Positions 13,401-24,479 of a stretch of 64,000 bases of DNA are shown piece by piece. The stretch comes from Eledone cirrhosa. Lineage: Eukaryota. The DNA lies in assembly GCA_964016885.1 (NCBI GenBank), contig OZ024765.1, positions 3,968,001 to 4,032,000 of the forward strand. Direction: 5' to 3'. The notes beneath the pieces are model-generated. The model saw only the letters and a program-made list of their open reading frames with translations. It did not search any database and had not been told where the DNA came from. The translations under genes were made by a program, and so were the position numbers. The stretch's first letter is position 1. Every line of letters begins with the position of its first letter.

Positions 13401-16400
13401 AATGACATAGACAGTGTCTTTCCTTAGAAATATGGTAATGAAAGGGTTAAGGACATAGACAGTGTCTTTCATTAGAAATATAGTAATGAAAGGGTTAAGG
13501 ACATATACAGTGTCTTTCATTAGAAGTATGGTAATGAAAGGGTTAAGGACATATACAGTGTCTTTCATTAGAAATATGGCAATGAAAGGGTTAAGGACAT
13601 AGACAGTGTCTTTCATTAGAAATATGGTAATGAAAGGGTTAAGGACATATACAGTGTCTTTCATTAGAAATATGGCAATGAAAGGGTTAAGGACATAGAC
13701 AGTGTCTTTCATTAGAAATATGGTAATGAAAGGGTTAAGGACATATACAGTGTCTTTCATTAGAAATATGGCAATGAAAGGGTTAAGGACATAGACAGTG
13801 TCTTTCATTAGAAATATGGTAATGAAAGGGTTAATGACATAGACAGTGTCTTTCATTAGAAGTATGGTAATGAAAGGGTTAAGGACATAGACAGTGTCTT
13901 TCATTAGAAATATGGTAATGAAAGGGTTAAAGATATAGACAGTGTCTTTCATTAGACATATGGTAATGAAAGGGTTAAAGACATAGACAGTGTCTTTCAT
14001 TAGAAATATGGTATTGAAAGGGTTAAAGACAGACAGTGTATTTCATTAGAAATATGGTAATGAAAGGGTTAATGACATAGACAGTGTCTTTCATTAGAAA
14101 TATGGTAACGAAATGGTTAAAGACATAGGCAGTGTCTTTCATTAGAAACATGCTAATGAAAGGGTTAAAGACATAGACAGTGTATTTCATTAGAAATATG
14201 GTAATGAAAGGGTTAAAGACATAGGCAGTGTCTTTCATTAGAAATATGGTAATGAAAGGGTTAATGACATAGGTAGTGCCTTTCATTAGAAATATGGTAA
14301 GGAAAGGGTTAAAGACCACTTTACAGTGTGGGCTGGATGTTGGTAACTAAAGAGGTGCATTTTTTAAAAGAAATATATTTGCCATTTCTTTCCATAGATA
14401 TCAGCCGTTTGACACAGATCAAAGATGCTCTTCCTGACGTTGTGGATTTTAATCAAATAAAGGTCACCATTTCCCTGTTGAAGCAAAAAATGGGTTTTAA
14501 GGTGACAGAGAGTGGTGAGACATTTATAATGAAATCACAGCAAGCAAGTGGCCCTTCTTCAGATCAGTCACCAAAGGTAAATCTTTTTTCTTATTTCTTT
14601 GACCCACAGACGATTTGTGTCCCTTTTTTTCTCTACATCTTCTGTCATTACTATAAGAGCATTTCAGCACATTTCTGCAGTGTTAATGGGACAATGAAGA
14701 AGTGTTCATATGTATATATTGCCAGTGAAGGTCATCAGGCCGCTGCTTAGCCCTGTTTCCATGATATTAAGTGGCTGAGATCACAAGACTTCCCCCTGGA
14801 CAGGATGGCAGTCCCTCACAGGGTTAAACCCTCCAACAACTAATCCCCGACTCATCTTTTAAGACCTTCAGACTCTTCCAAGAACACCAGTCCCTTGCAG
14901 GGTTAAACCCTCCAGTTATTGCTGAAATAGGGAACATAACATCCACATTATAGCATCATACCTGTCTCCCTAACAACAACTAATCCCCGACTCATCTTTT
15001 AAGACCTTCAGACTCTTCCAAGGACACCAGTCCCTCAAAGGGTTAAACCCTCCAGCTATTACTGCTACTGATTTTCGGCTGAGTATACAGGAGCAATGTG
15101 AAATGAGGTGTTTTGCTTAAGAACACAACATGCAACCTGGTCCAGGAATCAAACCGACGACATTAGATTTTAATATATTTTCACAGTAAAGGCTTTACCT
15201 CACATAATATCTCACATAACATTTACATTACTCTATATATACTATTGTATTTTCACAGTAAAGGCTTTACCTCACATAATATCTCACATAACATTTACAT
15301 TACTCTATATATACTATTGTATTTTCACAGTAAAGGCTTTACCTCACATAATATCTCACATAACATTTACATTACTCTATATATACTATTGTATTTTCAC
15401 AGTAAAGGCTTTACCTCACATAATATCTCACATAACATTTACATTACTCTATATATACTATTGTATTTTCACAGTAAAGGCTTTACCTCACATAATATCT
15501 CTCGTAACATTTACATTACTCTATATGTACTATTGTATTTTCACAATAAAGGCTTTACCTCACATAATATCTCACATAACATTTACATTACTCTATATAT
15601 ACTATTGTATTTTCACAGTAAAGGCTTTATCTCACATAATATCTCACATAACATTTACATTACTCTATATATACTATTGTATTTTCACAGTAAAGGCTTT
15701 ACCTCACATAATATCTCACATAACATTTACAGTACTCTATATATACTATTGTATTTTCACAGTAAAGTCTTTACCTCACATAATATTTACATTACTCTAT
15801 ATATACTATTGAATCTATGAGATTTTAATATTATCTATTTTGTGAACAATACCTTAACATCAGTATGAGCAGCCAGTTACTGTTGGTTTGAACAGAAAGA
15901 GGTGAGAGAAATCTGGCCAGATACAGCCAGTTGAAATGCTAAAGGGTTAAACTGCTTTCTTTTGACTTTGATTGTTGACTTGGGACTTCTAATGATGCTA
16001 AATTACTAAATCACTTTTAATTATTGATTAGTTTCAAAATCTCTTTAAAAATTATAAAGATTCTTTTATTAGAAATACAGTAAAAATGATTTCTACTTTA
16101 GGCACAAAGCCAGTAATTTTGTGGGGTAGGGGAAAGTCGATTAAATCGATCCCAGTACATTACTGGTACTACTTTTTATCGACCCTGTAAGGATGAAAGA
16201 ATTCTGACTTATGTTGGTTCGTATCCTATGTACATCTATACTCATCCTTTTTTCCATTCAGAGGGTATTTTTAAATCCCAACTAACAGACTAATTCTATT
16301 TAGTCAAATACGGCGTAAGCACATGTTACCACATAATTTTCAAATTCGCTAGACGTTTGTAAACAAAACCTGCTTTGTGTCTCCCTATTTATATATTATA

Positions 16401-18034
16401 TTCAATGTACTTAGGACTGACAATTCACCATCTTTAATTTTATTATACCAAAAATAGACAAGCTCAAATTAAATATTAAGATAGTTGAAAGACCAGGTAT
16501 TCCCATAAAAAACCTAATTAGTAAAACGTACCCATTCCAAAGATCCCCCTGTGCTGAGAGGAAATGCATAGTCTGCAAGCTAAGCCTGCAGACTAACTGC
16601 AAAACTAGGAACGTAGTATATAGCATAAGATGTACTGAGGGACTGAAGGAATAAGGATATAACATACATAGGTGAAACAGCCCCTAGCATAGGAGAAAGG
16701 ATAAGTGAACACTGGCGAGAACTCCAGGATGGGAAAAACTCATCAGTACTCCACCAACATGCCAAAATAGAACTAGGGGCACATTAGAGAAGATAGAGAT
16801 AAAAATTATATCCACACACAGAAAAGATGCAATGCTCAGGCAAATCACAGAGGCAACAAATATAAACAAACTCCAACGAAAATTAAATAGAAAACATGAG
16901 TGGAATAGCAACATCACAACTAGTAATTAAGGACAAGATGAAGACATACAGAGACACCTCCTGTGACGCTAAACTCCACCAGTTGCAGACTGCACATCGA
17001 CATGTGATATCTCACTCCACAAAGTTTTGATCACCAGCAGCAGAGTTTAAAGAGCAAAGATAAAGTCCAGTCCATAAGTTGACATTATCAAGCCCTAGTT
17101 TTGGCTGCTGGACTCTGCTTCTCTTACCAGCCATCCTTCCTTCCAGGAAAATATAATACCTTTCGATCACCAACAGCAGAGTTTAAAGAGCAAAGATCAA
17201 GTCCAGTCCCTAGGTTGACATTATCAAGCCCTAGTTTTGGCTGCCGGCTTCTACTTCTCTTACCAGCCAACCTTCCTTCCAAGCATAACCTACTCACACC
17301 ACGAGTTGATCTTTTTATACGACCGTATAGTTTGAGCGCTCTTGAATTGACAATTGATGTAATTGGTCTAAGTCTGGTAATGTTGAGCAGCTCACTGATA
17401 CAGATACGGTTGCTGAGCCGCTTGCCAGTCATAAGTCTCAGGATGTTCTGGAATGTAGAGAGCTTCTGAAGTGACCTTGTCGTCCAATTAACACGGTCAA
17501 GACCAGCTCACTGATACAGATACGGTTGCTGAGCCACTTACCAGTCACAAGTCTCATGGTGTGGTTCTGGAATGTAGAGAGCTTCTGAAGTGACCTTGTC
17601 CTCGTCCAATTAACACAGTCAAGACTATATAACACAACTGGTAGGATGTAAGTATCAAAGATCTTAGCCTTCGAATGATACAGATACACACAAAAACCAA
17701 ACTAACAAAACAAATCAGACACACATAGATAGAACACATGTTACTACCTAATTGAATATAATGTTTTGTAGTATTAATTTTGTCTCTTGGTTCATTGAGT
17801 TCAAATCCCGCTAAAGTCAACTTGCTTTAAAATATTCAAGGGCGATAAAAAAAAAAAAAATATATTCTTGTCCCGTTACAGGTGGAAGTAAAGAAAGAGA
17901 GGCAAGCTTCTCAGGAACCAGAACAGGAGCAACAAAAAACTGGAGGGTCGCAAAGTGTAACTGGTGACACCACCAAGAGGAAACTACCATTTTGGATGAT
18001 GGCATCACATAAGAACAAGAAAATGAAACCATAA
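1462..18034 (+). CDS. WRN: Werner syndrome RecQ helicase, 3' part (10 exons; 5' exons lie upstream of the window)
   Basis: Exons 1462-1568, 2446-2477, 4563-4758, 6596-6746, 7898-8010, 10422-10572, 11030-11140, 12753-12915, 14398-14576 and 17882-18034 join GT-AG in one open frame. The translation follows the WRN order RQC, HRDC, helix-turn-helix, C-terminal KRKLPFWM motif. Confidence 0.88.
1617..1825 (-). mobile_element. Dispersed retroposon 3' tail family (also about 24005-24200 and 48820-49020 on +)
   Basis: Three related copies; the two + copies end in (ATT)n tails; family not identified. Confidence 0.55.
2135..2356. repeat. 48-bp minisatellite, about 4.5 copies (SINE-derived unit)
   Basis: gacaaaaagcacccagtccactctgtaa... 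repeated with period 48. Confidence 0.9.
2446..2477 (+). CDS. WRN: WRN 32-nt small exon (RQC)
   Basis: ctttgcag|ATAC...TTTG|gtaagt; YKNKKFWAAFG; phases match both neighbouring exons. Confidence 0.85.
2620..2841. mobile_element. piggyBac-like MITE, single-unit form
   Basis: TTAA|CCCTTTA...TAAAGGG|TTAA ends. Confidence 0.75.
2855..3165. repeat. About 110-bp tandem repeat, roughly 3 copies
   Basis: actatgactacatcacattaaat...ccaccagtaaagat repeated. Confidence 0.8.
3175..3460 (-). mobile_element. RTE LINE ORF2 C-terminal fragment
   Basis: KGQLYDACVRCTMLHGSETWA...WYGHVM; same family as 30870-31154. Confidence 0.85.
3462..3853 (-). mobile_element. tRNA-derived SINE with CORE-like central domain and RTE-type (GAT)n tail
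   Basis: Reverse complement of the full-length copy at 40996-41338. Confidence 0.8.
4008..4530. repeat. (CAC/CAT/TAC)n low-complexity tract
   Basis: Direct reading; similar tracts at 13020-13310, 20725-21345 and 43760-44245. Confidence 0.95.
4563..4758 (+). CDS. WRN: WRN exon, RQC beta-wing
   Basis: ttaccag|GTCGA...GTTAG|gtgagt; RALICEGYLEEISRKGCFWITVNLSNKGRTWL resembles WRN RQLITEGFLVEVSR...LTKKGRNWL. Confidence 0.9.
4789..5198 (+). mobile_element. Internally deleted mariner transposon
   Basis: TA-adjacent TIR-like start; IKFKAKLGWKSSQIIDALEQVYGDNAPKKSTTYKWISCFRSGRDEVED matches a mariner transposase HTH. Confidence 0.8.
5219..5618 (+). mobile_element. Mariner-type non-autonomous element with a duplicated left TIR
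   Basis: TA-CGAGGGTAATCCCAAAAGT at about 5221 and again at about 5439; inverted copy ACTTTTGGGATTGCCCTCG-TA ends at about 5617. Confidence 0.8.
5722..6122 (-). mobile_element. Two tandem copies of a tRNA-derived SINE (Meta-domain-like core)
   Basis: Core gcctttcatccttacggggtcgataaaataaagtaccag with B-box gagttcaaatcc; further pairs at 10605-10990, 30252-30625, 43212-43593 and 46368-46715. Confidence 0.8.
6596..6746 (+). CDS. WRN: WRN exon, RQC-HRDC linker
   Basis: atcacag|CTCTT...TTACAG|gtaact; open in the required phase (SSATCSSISDFEKY...VDERVEALQ). Confidence 0.75.
7898..8010 (+). CDS. WRN: WRN exon, HRDC N-terminal half
   Basis: ttttcag|ATC...ATTAG|gtaaga; INLYQRISKARNEFAQEYGLLPHAIASNKILLDIVRIR is an HRDC-like sequence. 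Confidence 0.9.
8233..10162. repeat. 49-bp minisatellite, about 39 near-identical copies, in a WRN intron
   Basis: Unit cactttacagtgtggactgggagcctttttactgtgtctcctacacaac; occasional 47-bp variants. Confidence 0.97.
10422..10572 (+). CDS. WRN: WRN exon, HRDC C-terminal half
   Basis: ttctcag|GCCA...GAACAG|gtaaga; PKDKEAMLKIEEFPQAKVEKYGGIFLDILLPFCKDNNL. Confidence 0.9.
11030..11140 (+). CDS. WRN: WRN exon, start of C-terminal helix-turn-helix region
   Basis: ttttcag|TCC...AGTTTG|gtgagt; SLSETQRITYHLF resembles WRN SLSQSMAITYSLF. Confidence 0.85.
11275..12360. repeat. 37-bp minisatellite, about 29 copies
   Basis: Unit aataggtacactgtatccctgtgtatatctagtttac. Confidence 0.97.
12425..12682. repeat. 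28-bp minisatellite within a probable Helitron-like element (related array at 45310-45476)
   Basis: Unit cgtcatcaccccttccttcctcagtcaa; both arrays are followed by tcatctctagtg...cttttat. Confidence 0.8.
12753..12915 (+). CDS. WRN: WRN exon, helix-turn-helix region
   Basis: ttaacag|GAT...TACA|gtaaga; DKITEMRKLKQGTLINHLCTAIEAGADLDIERLGL resembles WRN HLSQAVKAGCPLDLERAGL. Confidence 0.88.
13312..14316. repeat. 48-bp minisatellite, about 21 copies
   Basis: Unit acagtgtctttcattagaaatatggtaatgaaagggttaaggacatat; internal hairpin ctttcatta/taatgaaag. Confidence 0.97.
14398..14576 (+). CDS. WRN: WRN exon, end of helix-turn-helix region
   Basis: tccatag|ATATC...CCAAAG|gtaaat; ISRLTQIKDALPDVVDFNQIKVTISLLK. 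Confidence 0.85.
15168..15950. mobile_element. piggyBac-like MITE with expanded internal 72-bp repeat (left end missing)
   Basis: About 9 units of 72 bp, then the unique right part ending AAAGGG|TTAA. Confidence 0.8.
16470..16930 (+). pseudogene. Penelope-like element GIY-YIG endonuclease fragment, frameshifted
   Basis: C...CIVC...NCKTRNVVYSIRC / TYIGETAPSIGERISEH...SSVLHQH / LRQITEA...LNRKHEW, read across two frameshifts. Confidence 0.8.
17025..17680 (-). mobile_element. RTE-like LINE 3' fragments with local duplications
   Basis: KAKIFDTYILPVVLYSLDC...LKLYGRIKR...LEGRLAGKRSRSRQ. Confidence 0.75.
17882..18034 (+). CDS. WRN: WRN terminal coding exon with Ku-binding motif
   Basis: gttacag|GTG...CCA TAA; VEVKKERQ...TTKRKLPFWMMASHKNKKMKP*; R-x-x-P-x-W motif as in vertebrate WRN KRRLPVWF. 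Confidence 0.8.
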   Translation: MEVKKERQASQEPEQEQQKTGGSQSVTGDTTKRKLPFWMMASHKNKKMKP

Positions 18035-18390
18035 TCCACCATTTTCTTCTTCATTGGGGGTGGCCATAATGTGTTGTATATATTCTCACACATATATACG
18101 GTATATATATATGTGTGTGTGTGTGTGTATATATATATATACACATATATATATATATATATATATACCTACACATGGATTCATATATATATCTTGTGTA
18201 TGTGTGTGTATGATCATCATCATCATCATCATTTAATGTCTATTTTCTTTCTTTAAATAATGATGATTATATGTGTGTGTATATATATAATAAATTTGAA
18301 GACTAAAATCCAAAGAGGGCTCGATAAGGATAAATATATATCAAATATATAAGAACCGTAGAGCAAATATTTATTAAAATAACAGATTAA

Positions 18391-18425
<35 letters not shown>

Positions 18426-18664
18426 AAACCTTCATTACGTTTAATGATTGGTGACGCACATTTTGCTATTGATCAGCTCAAGGTTTGATCTGTATTGATC
18501 TGATACAGATTCCAGAGTCGATGCAGATCGAACTTTGAGCGAAATGCGTGCCACTGATCAATAAACGTAATGCAGGCTTAACAAATCGTCCTTGTATTGT
18601 TATATTATATAAGATAAATACTCATGTTTTGTGGGAGTGTGTACTACACATACATATATACAGT

Positions 18665-18700
<36 letters not shown>

Positions 18701-18768
18701 ACGTAAAATAAGAAAATTTCTTAAAAAAATTTTTTTTAAAAAAATTAACTTACTTACTTAAATTTTCA

Positions 18769-18848
18769 CTCCAACTAATTAGTTTCTGCAATGGGATAAA
18801 GACAGTTACGTAATGAACTGTTGAGAATTTCATTGCGTCATCAGGGAG
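18769..18848 (-). ncRNA. Type I hammerhead ribozyme-like motif with palindromic stem III
   Basis: CTCC-CTGATGA-cgcaatg...cattgca-GAA-actaattagt-T-GGAG. Confidence 0.5.
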
Positions 18849-19751
18849 GTCATTCTCAGCCGAGTCTCCAGGCGATGCGCGGACACTGGGGACTCATATA
18901 AAAATAATAATAATTCGGCAACTGGAACAGCTATCGAGGACTGGATTCCAGCCACTGAAAATTCTCACTGCCACTGATCATATGGCCGATTCTAAAGAAT
19001 CAATCACGTGACACAGAGGCTAGTCAGTAGGAATGGGATGGTAAGATGACAGACGCCTACTAACACCCCCAAAAAAAATTTACAAGTGTTTTTGGCAGGT
19101 TTGCTTGACAAATCAGTGATTTGGAGATAAATATAGATAATTTAATATATCTACTAACATAAGCGCACAGATGTACGCTAATGCCAGCAAATACACAGGT
19201 TATGTCATAGTACCTAGGTGGTTCAATGCAGGAGAATGCAGAACAATAATATATCAGACGTAAAATAAGAAAATTTCTTTAAAAAAAATTTTTTTTTTAA
19301 AATTAACTTACTTACTTAAATTTTCACTCCAACTAATTAGTTTCTGCAATGGGATAATATATATATATATTGTATATATAATATATATATTGTATATATA
19401 ATATACATATTGTGTATATATATATATATTGTATATATAATATATATATTGTATATATAATATATATATTGTATATATAATATATATAATATATATATTG
19501 TATATATATATATATATTGTATATATATATATACATATTGTATATATAATATACATTCACACACATATTTGGCTTCTACAGGACTAGAACTGTTCCATCG
19601 GGTCTTTCCTGATGATTTCCTTCAAATGAAACAGTTCTAGTCTTGTAGAAGTCATTTGCATATTAAACATTTATACTCTACTAATGTATTGAGTACCTTA
19701 CTTATTGTGGTTACCTCTGTTCCAACCCAGGACAGACACAGGCACACACAG

Positions 19752-19789
<38 letters not shown>

Positions 19790-20264
19790 GAAAGTAAGGC
19801 TTTTTGAAATGTCCCACATGGGTAAAAATATAAAAAAAAAAGAATTTGAAAATGCAACTGGAACCTTTTAAGAACATATATATATATATATATACACATA
19901 TACTTCCTTATATGGATATACAAACAGATATATATATACATGCACATACACCCATATATATAAACTGTATATAAACTGTATATACAACTTAACTAATCAT
20001 ACATATATATATATATATATATAGGTGCAAGATTGCGTCCTGAGGCTGTATGCTGGGTGAGCACTCAATGCTCGCGCAGAGCAGAGAATAATGCTATAAG
20101 GATAAAGGAACAGAGAATCAGTGTTGCATCACAACATATTTAATAACACATGACATATGTTTCACTGTCGGTCAGCTCGAGGCAGGATCTATTATTGATC
20201 GAACCTGACTCTGGAATTGAAAGATCCTCAGATTTGCCTCAATATGGAAGCTCATCTCTGATGT

Positions 20265-20317
<53 letters not shown>

Positions 20318-20543
20318 AGATAAATCTACCAAAATGTACGGTAGTGTCCAATCCGTATGAAGAACTCAATGTAATCTGAATATCATGAAAAGAGATGTAT
20401 TCAAAAAAATTTTTCCGAAGAAAAATACAGGAAAACAGAGTCAAGATAAATTAATAAAAATAATGAATAGAAACAGTTCCTTATATTAAAAAAATTTTTA
20501 ATATAAGGAACTGTTTCTTTGTTTTTATTCATTATTTTTATTA

Positions 20544-20582
<39 letters not shown>

Positions 20583-21414
20583 CACACACACACCACACAG
20601 AAAGGAAGTGATATGTAGAAATTGTTAATATGACTGCTTTAAAGATATTTTGACCAATAAAGTATTTTTTTATTTAATCAAATAAAAAGATTTTCTTACA
20701 AAATAAAAAAACAGAATTGTGTGTGATTACCATAACTACTACCACTACCATAACTACTACCACCACTACCACTACCATAACTACCACCACTACCATAACT
20801 ACCACCACTACCATAACTACTACCACCACTACCACTACTATAACTACCACCACTACCATAACTACTACCACCTCAACTACCATAACTACTACCACCACTA
20901 CCACTACCATCACTACCATAACTACTACCACCACCACCTCAACTACTATAACTACTACCACCACCACCTCAGCTACCATAACTACTACCACCACCACCTT
21001 CAACACCTCCACTACCATAACTACTACCACCACCTCCACTACCATAACTACTACCACCACCACCTCCACTATCATAACTACCACCATCACCTTCAACACC
21101 ACAACCTCCACTACCATTACTACTACCACCACCACCACTACCATTACTATTACCACCACCACTACCATTACTACTACCACCACCACCACCACCACTACCA
21201 TTACTACTACCACTACCATAACTGCCACCACCACCACCAACTCCTTCACCACCACCATCAACACCACCACCGTCACCATCAACCCCACCACCACCAACAC
21301 CACCACTGTCACCATCAGCTCCACCACCACCATCACCATCATCACCTATCCACTTTGTATGCTGGTATGGGTTAGATAAGCTGTTAAAGTTTGAGTTACT
21401 GTATATATTTGACT

Positions 21415-22349
21415 ATAACCCTTTAGCATTTAAACCAGCCATTTCTAGCCAGAATTCTCTCACCTCTTTCTGTTCAAACTGGCTGTAACTGGCCACTCAT
21501 ACTGATGTTAAGGTATTGTTCTCAAAATAAATAATATCAAAATCTCGTAGCTTCAATATTACATGAGATAAAGCCTTTACTGTGAAAATACATTAGTATA
21601 TAGAAAGTAATGTAAATGTTATTTGAGGTAAAGCCTCTACAGTGAAAATACAATAGTATTTTTAGAGTAATGTAAATGTTATGTGAGATATTATGTGAGG
21701 TAAAGCCTCTACAGTGAAAATACAATAGTATATTTAGAGTAATGTAAATGTTATGTGAGATATTATGTGAGGTAAAGCCTCTACAGTGAAAATACAATAG
21801 TATATTTAGAGTAATGTAAATGTTATGTGAGATATTATATGAGGTAAAGCCTCTACAGTGAAAATACAATAGTATATTTAGAGTAATGTAAATGTTATGT
21901 GAGATATTATATGAGGTAAAGCCTCTACAGTGAAAATACAATAGTATATTTAGAGTAATGTAAATGTTATGTGAGGTAAAGCCTCTACAGTGAAAATACA
22001 ATAGTATATATAGAGTAATGTAAATGTTACATGAGGTAAAGCCTTTACTGTGAAAATACAATAGTATATTTAGAGTAATGTAAATGTTATGTGAGATATT
22101 ATATGAGGTAAAGCCTCTACAGTGAAAATACAATAGTATATATAAAGCAATGTAAATGTTATGTGAGGTAAAGCCTCTACAGTGAAAATACAATAGTATA
22201 TATAGAGTAATGTAAATGTTACATGAGGTAAAGCCTTTACTGTGAAAATACAATAGTACAGATAGAGTAATGTAAATGTTACGTGAGGTAAAGCCTTTAC
22301 TGTGAAACTATAACATAAATATAGAGTAATCTAAATACTAAAGGATTAA
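21415..22349. mobile_element. piggyBac-like MITE (reverse orientation) with internal 72/60-bp array
   Basis: ataaCCCTTTAGCATTT left end, degenerate aaggattaa right end, about 11 internal units. Confidence 0.8.
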
Positions 22350-22717
22350 TGTATAAGGAAAATTCTTGCAGGAATGCTACCACTTGAAATAAAATTTTGC
22401 CAAAGATAGATTAGCAAAATTTAATAAGCGGTGAGGTGGCATAAGAACGAGGGTGTTGGAAAGAATGTGAAAGATTAATATGCGGGTGTGATTATTTGAG
22501 ACCTGAGAGTAGAATTTGAAGTTGGTGAAAATTGTCACCATTTTGCCATCAATTTGTTTGGGGTCATATATTCCTCAACTTATATCCAAGTGTATATGGT
22601 AGGTCTTAGAGTCACTATCTTCCAGGTATGGTCAAGGGACCACGTCTCACTCATGCATTATACAAATATTTGGCTTGCTTAGTTGTTTTTTTCTGCCGGA
22701 GGCCTTTCCTAATGTCA

Positions 22718-23495
22718 ACTTTACAGAGTGTACTAGGCATATTTTGTCATGACACCAGCACTACCACTTTACAAAGTGTACTGGGTGTGTTTTATCATAA
22801 CACCAACACTACCACTTTACAGAGTGTACTGGGTATATTTTGTCATGACACCAGCACTACCACTTTACAGACTGTACTGGGTGTATATTATCATGGCACC
22901 AACACTACCACTTTACAGAGTGTACTGGGTGTGTTTTATCATAACACCAACACTACCACTTTACAGAGTGTACTGGGCATATTTTGTCATGACACCAGCA
23001 CTACCACTTTACAGAGTGTACTGGGTATATTTTGTCATGACACCAGCACTACCACTTTACAGAGTGTACTGGGTGTAGTCTATCATGGCACCAACACTAC
23101 CACTTTACAGTGTGTACTGGGTGTATGTTATCATGGCAACAACACTACCATACCACTTTACAGAATGTACTGGGTATATTTTATCATGGCACCAACACTA
23201 CCACTTTACAAAGTGTACTGGGTGTATTTCATCATGACGCCATCCCTGCCACTTTAAAGAGTGTACTGAGTATATTTTATCATGTTACCAACACTACCAC
23301 TTTACAGAGTGTACTGGGTGTATTTTATCATGTTACCAACACTACCACTTTACTGAGTGTACTGGGTGTATTATATCATGACACCAACACTACCACTTTA
23401 CAGAGTGTATTAGGTGTATTTTATCATGTTACCAGCACTACCACTTTACAGAGTGTACTGAGTGTATTTTATCACTACACCAACACTACCACTTT
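22718..23495. repeat. 48-bp minisatellite, about 16 diverged copies (SINE-derived unit)
   Basis: Unit actaccactttacagagtgtactgggtatattttgtcatgacaccagc. Confidence 0.92.
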
Positions 23496-23849
23496 GTGTA
23501 TATTAATTTATCTTTTTGAGGATAATGTCACGTTATTATTGACTTAATTCAGAATATGAGACGGGGAAACAGAATTATTAAAACAACAAGAAAGATGATC
23601 GCAATTTTGTGAAAGTGGACAGAACCTGCGACAGGAAACAGAAAGTTTAAGGCAAGCAGAAAGACTTTTGCAATAAACAGAGGTTCAATATGAAAATCAC
23701 CAAGAAGCAATGACAGTTGCAATGCAAACTCGACGAGCATAAACGACTTCAAGGCAGAATAAACTGGCTCAGAGCTGCGTTTTCATATTATCCATCGAAG
23801 AATAATAGAAATGATCCTAAAGACTTGAGGAACTCTGTTGGGTAATTGA

Positions 23850-23985
23850 CAGCATAGCATTGGTGGGTCCAAATTCCTCAATAACATTTTGGGTGTTCCT
23901 TCTTTAAGGTGAAAGACATGTGGTGGCATTCCTGATGGTTCTAAAGAGTCGACGAACTCTGTCGGGTAATTGACAGCTTCCGACT
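23850..23985 (-). pseudogene. Helitron Rep/Hel PIF1-like helicase fragment
   Basis: AVNYPTEFVDSLEPSGMPPHVFHLKEGTPKMLLRNLDPPMLC matches the conserved PIF1/Helitron segment YPTEFLNSL..SG.PPH.L.LK.G.P.MLLRNLDP..LCNG. Confidence 0.8.
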
Positions 23986-24479
23986 GTTCCGAGACACTGC
24001 ATCCTTTAAAACTTCCATGCTTCCTGAAATTCGCCAACACTACACCTAATTTTCCTCCTCCATAAACACATACACATGTATCTCTGTGTATACACTATTC
24101 ACTTCCCTGACATTTGTACATTATTCTATGTACTATACATGCACCTTTGATGAGTTGTAGTGCACCTAGGCACTGTACACAATAATTTCATTATTATTAT
24201 GAACTTACATGTATCTGGAATAAATGCAGCAAGACAGGACCGTATCACTCAAACTGCACACTTCATAGATGTACTGAAGACAGATACCCAACATCCACAG
24301 TGAATTGTCTTAGGAATTAAAGGTGCTGACAGAAACACAGAATGGGCACTAAGGAGCGCTGCCAGGCAGGGCGCACCCCTACTTAAGGATAGTGTCCTGC
24401 ATAATCAAAAACTGGAGGATGATGATGATACATATATGTATATATACATATATATATACACACATGCACACTATATATA

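Noticed and set aside
19785-19871. Alternative terminal WRN exon
   Set aside because: No WRN-like motif, it resembles a dispersed sequence near 6180-6226, and 17882-18034 fits better
20674-21379. Mucin-like poly-Thr or His-rich ORFs (also 4024-4425 and 13020-13331)
   Set aside because: Trinucleotide simple repeats without signal peptide or exon support
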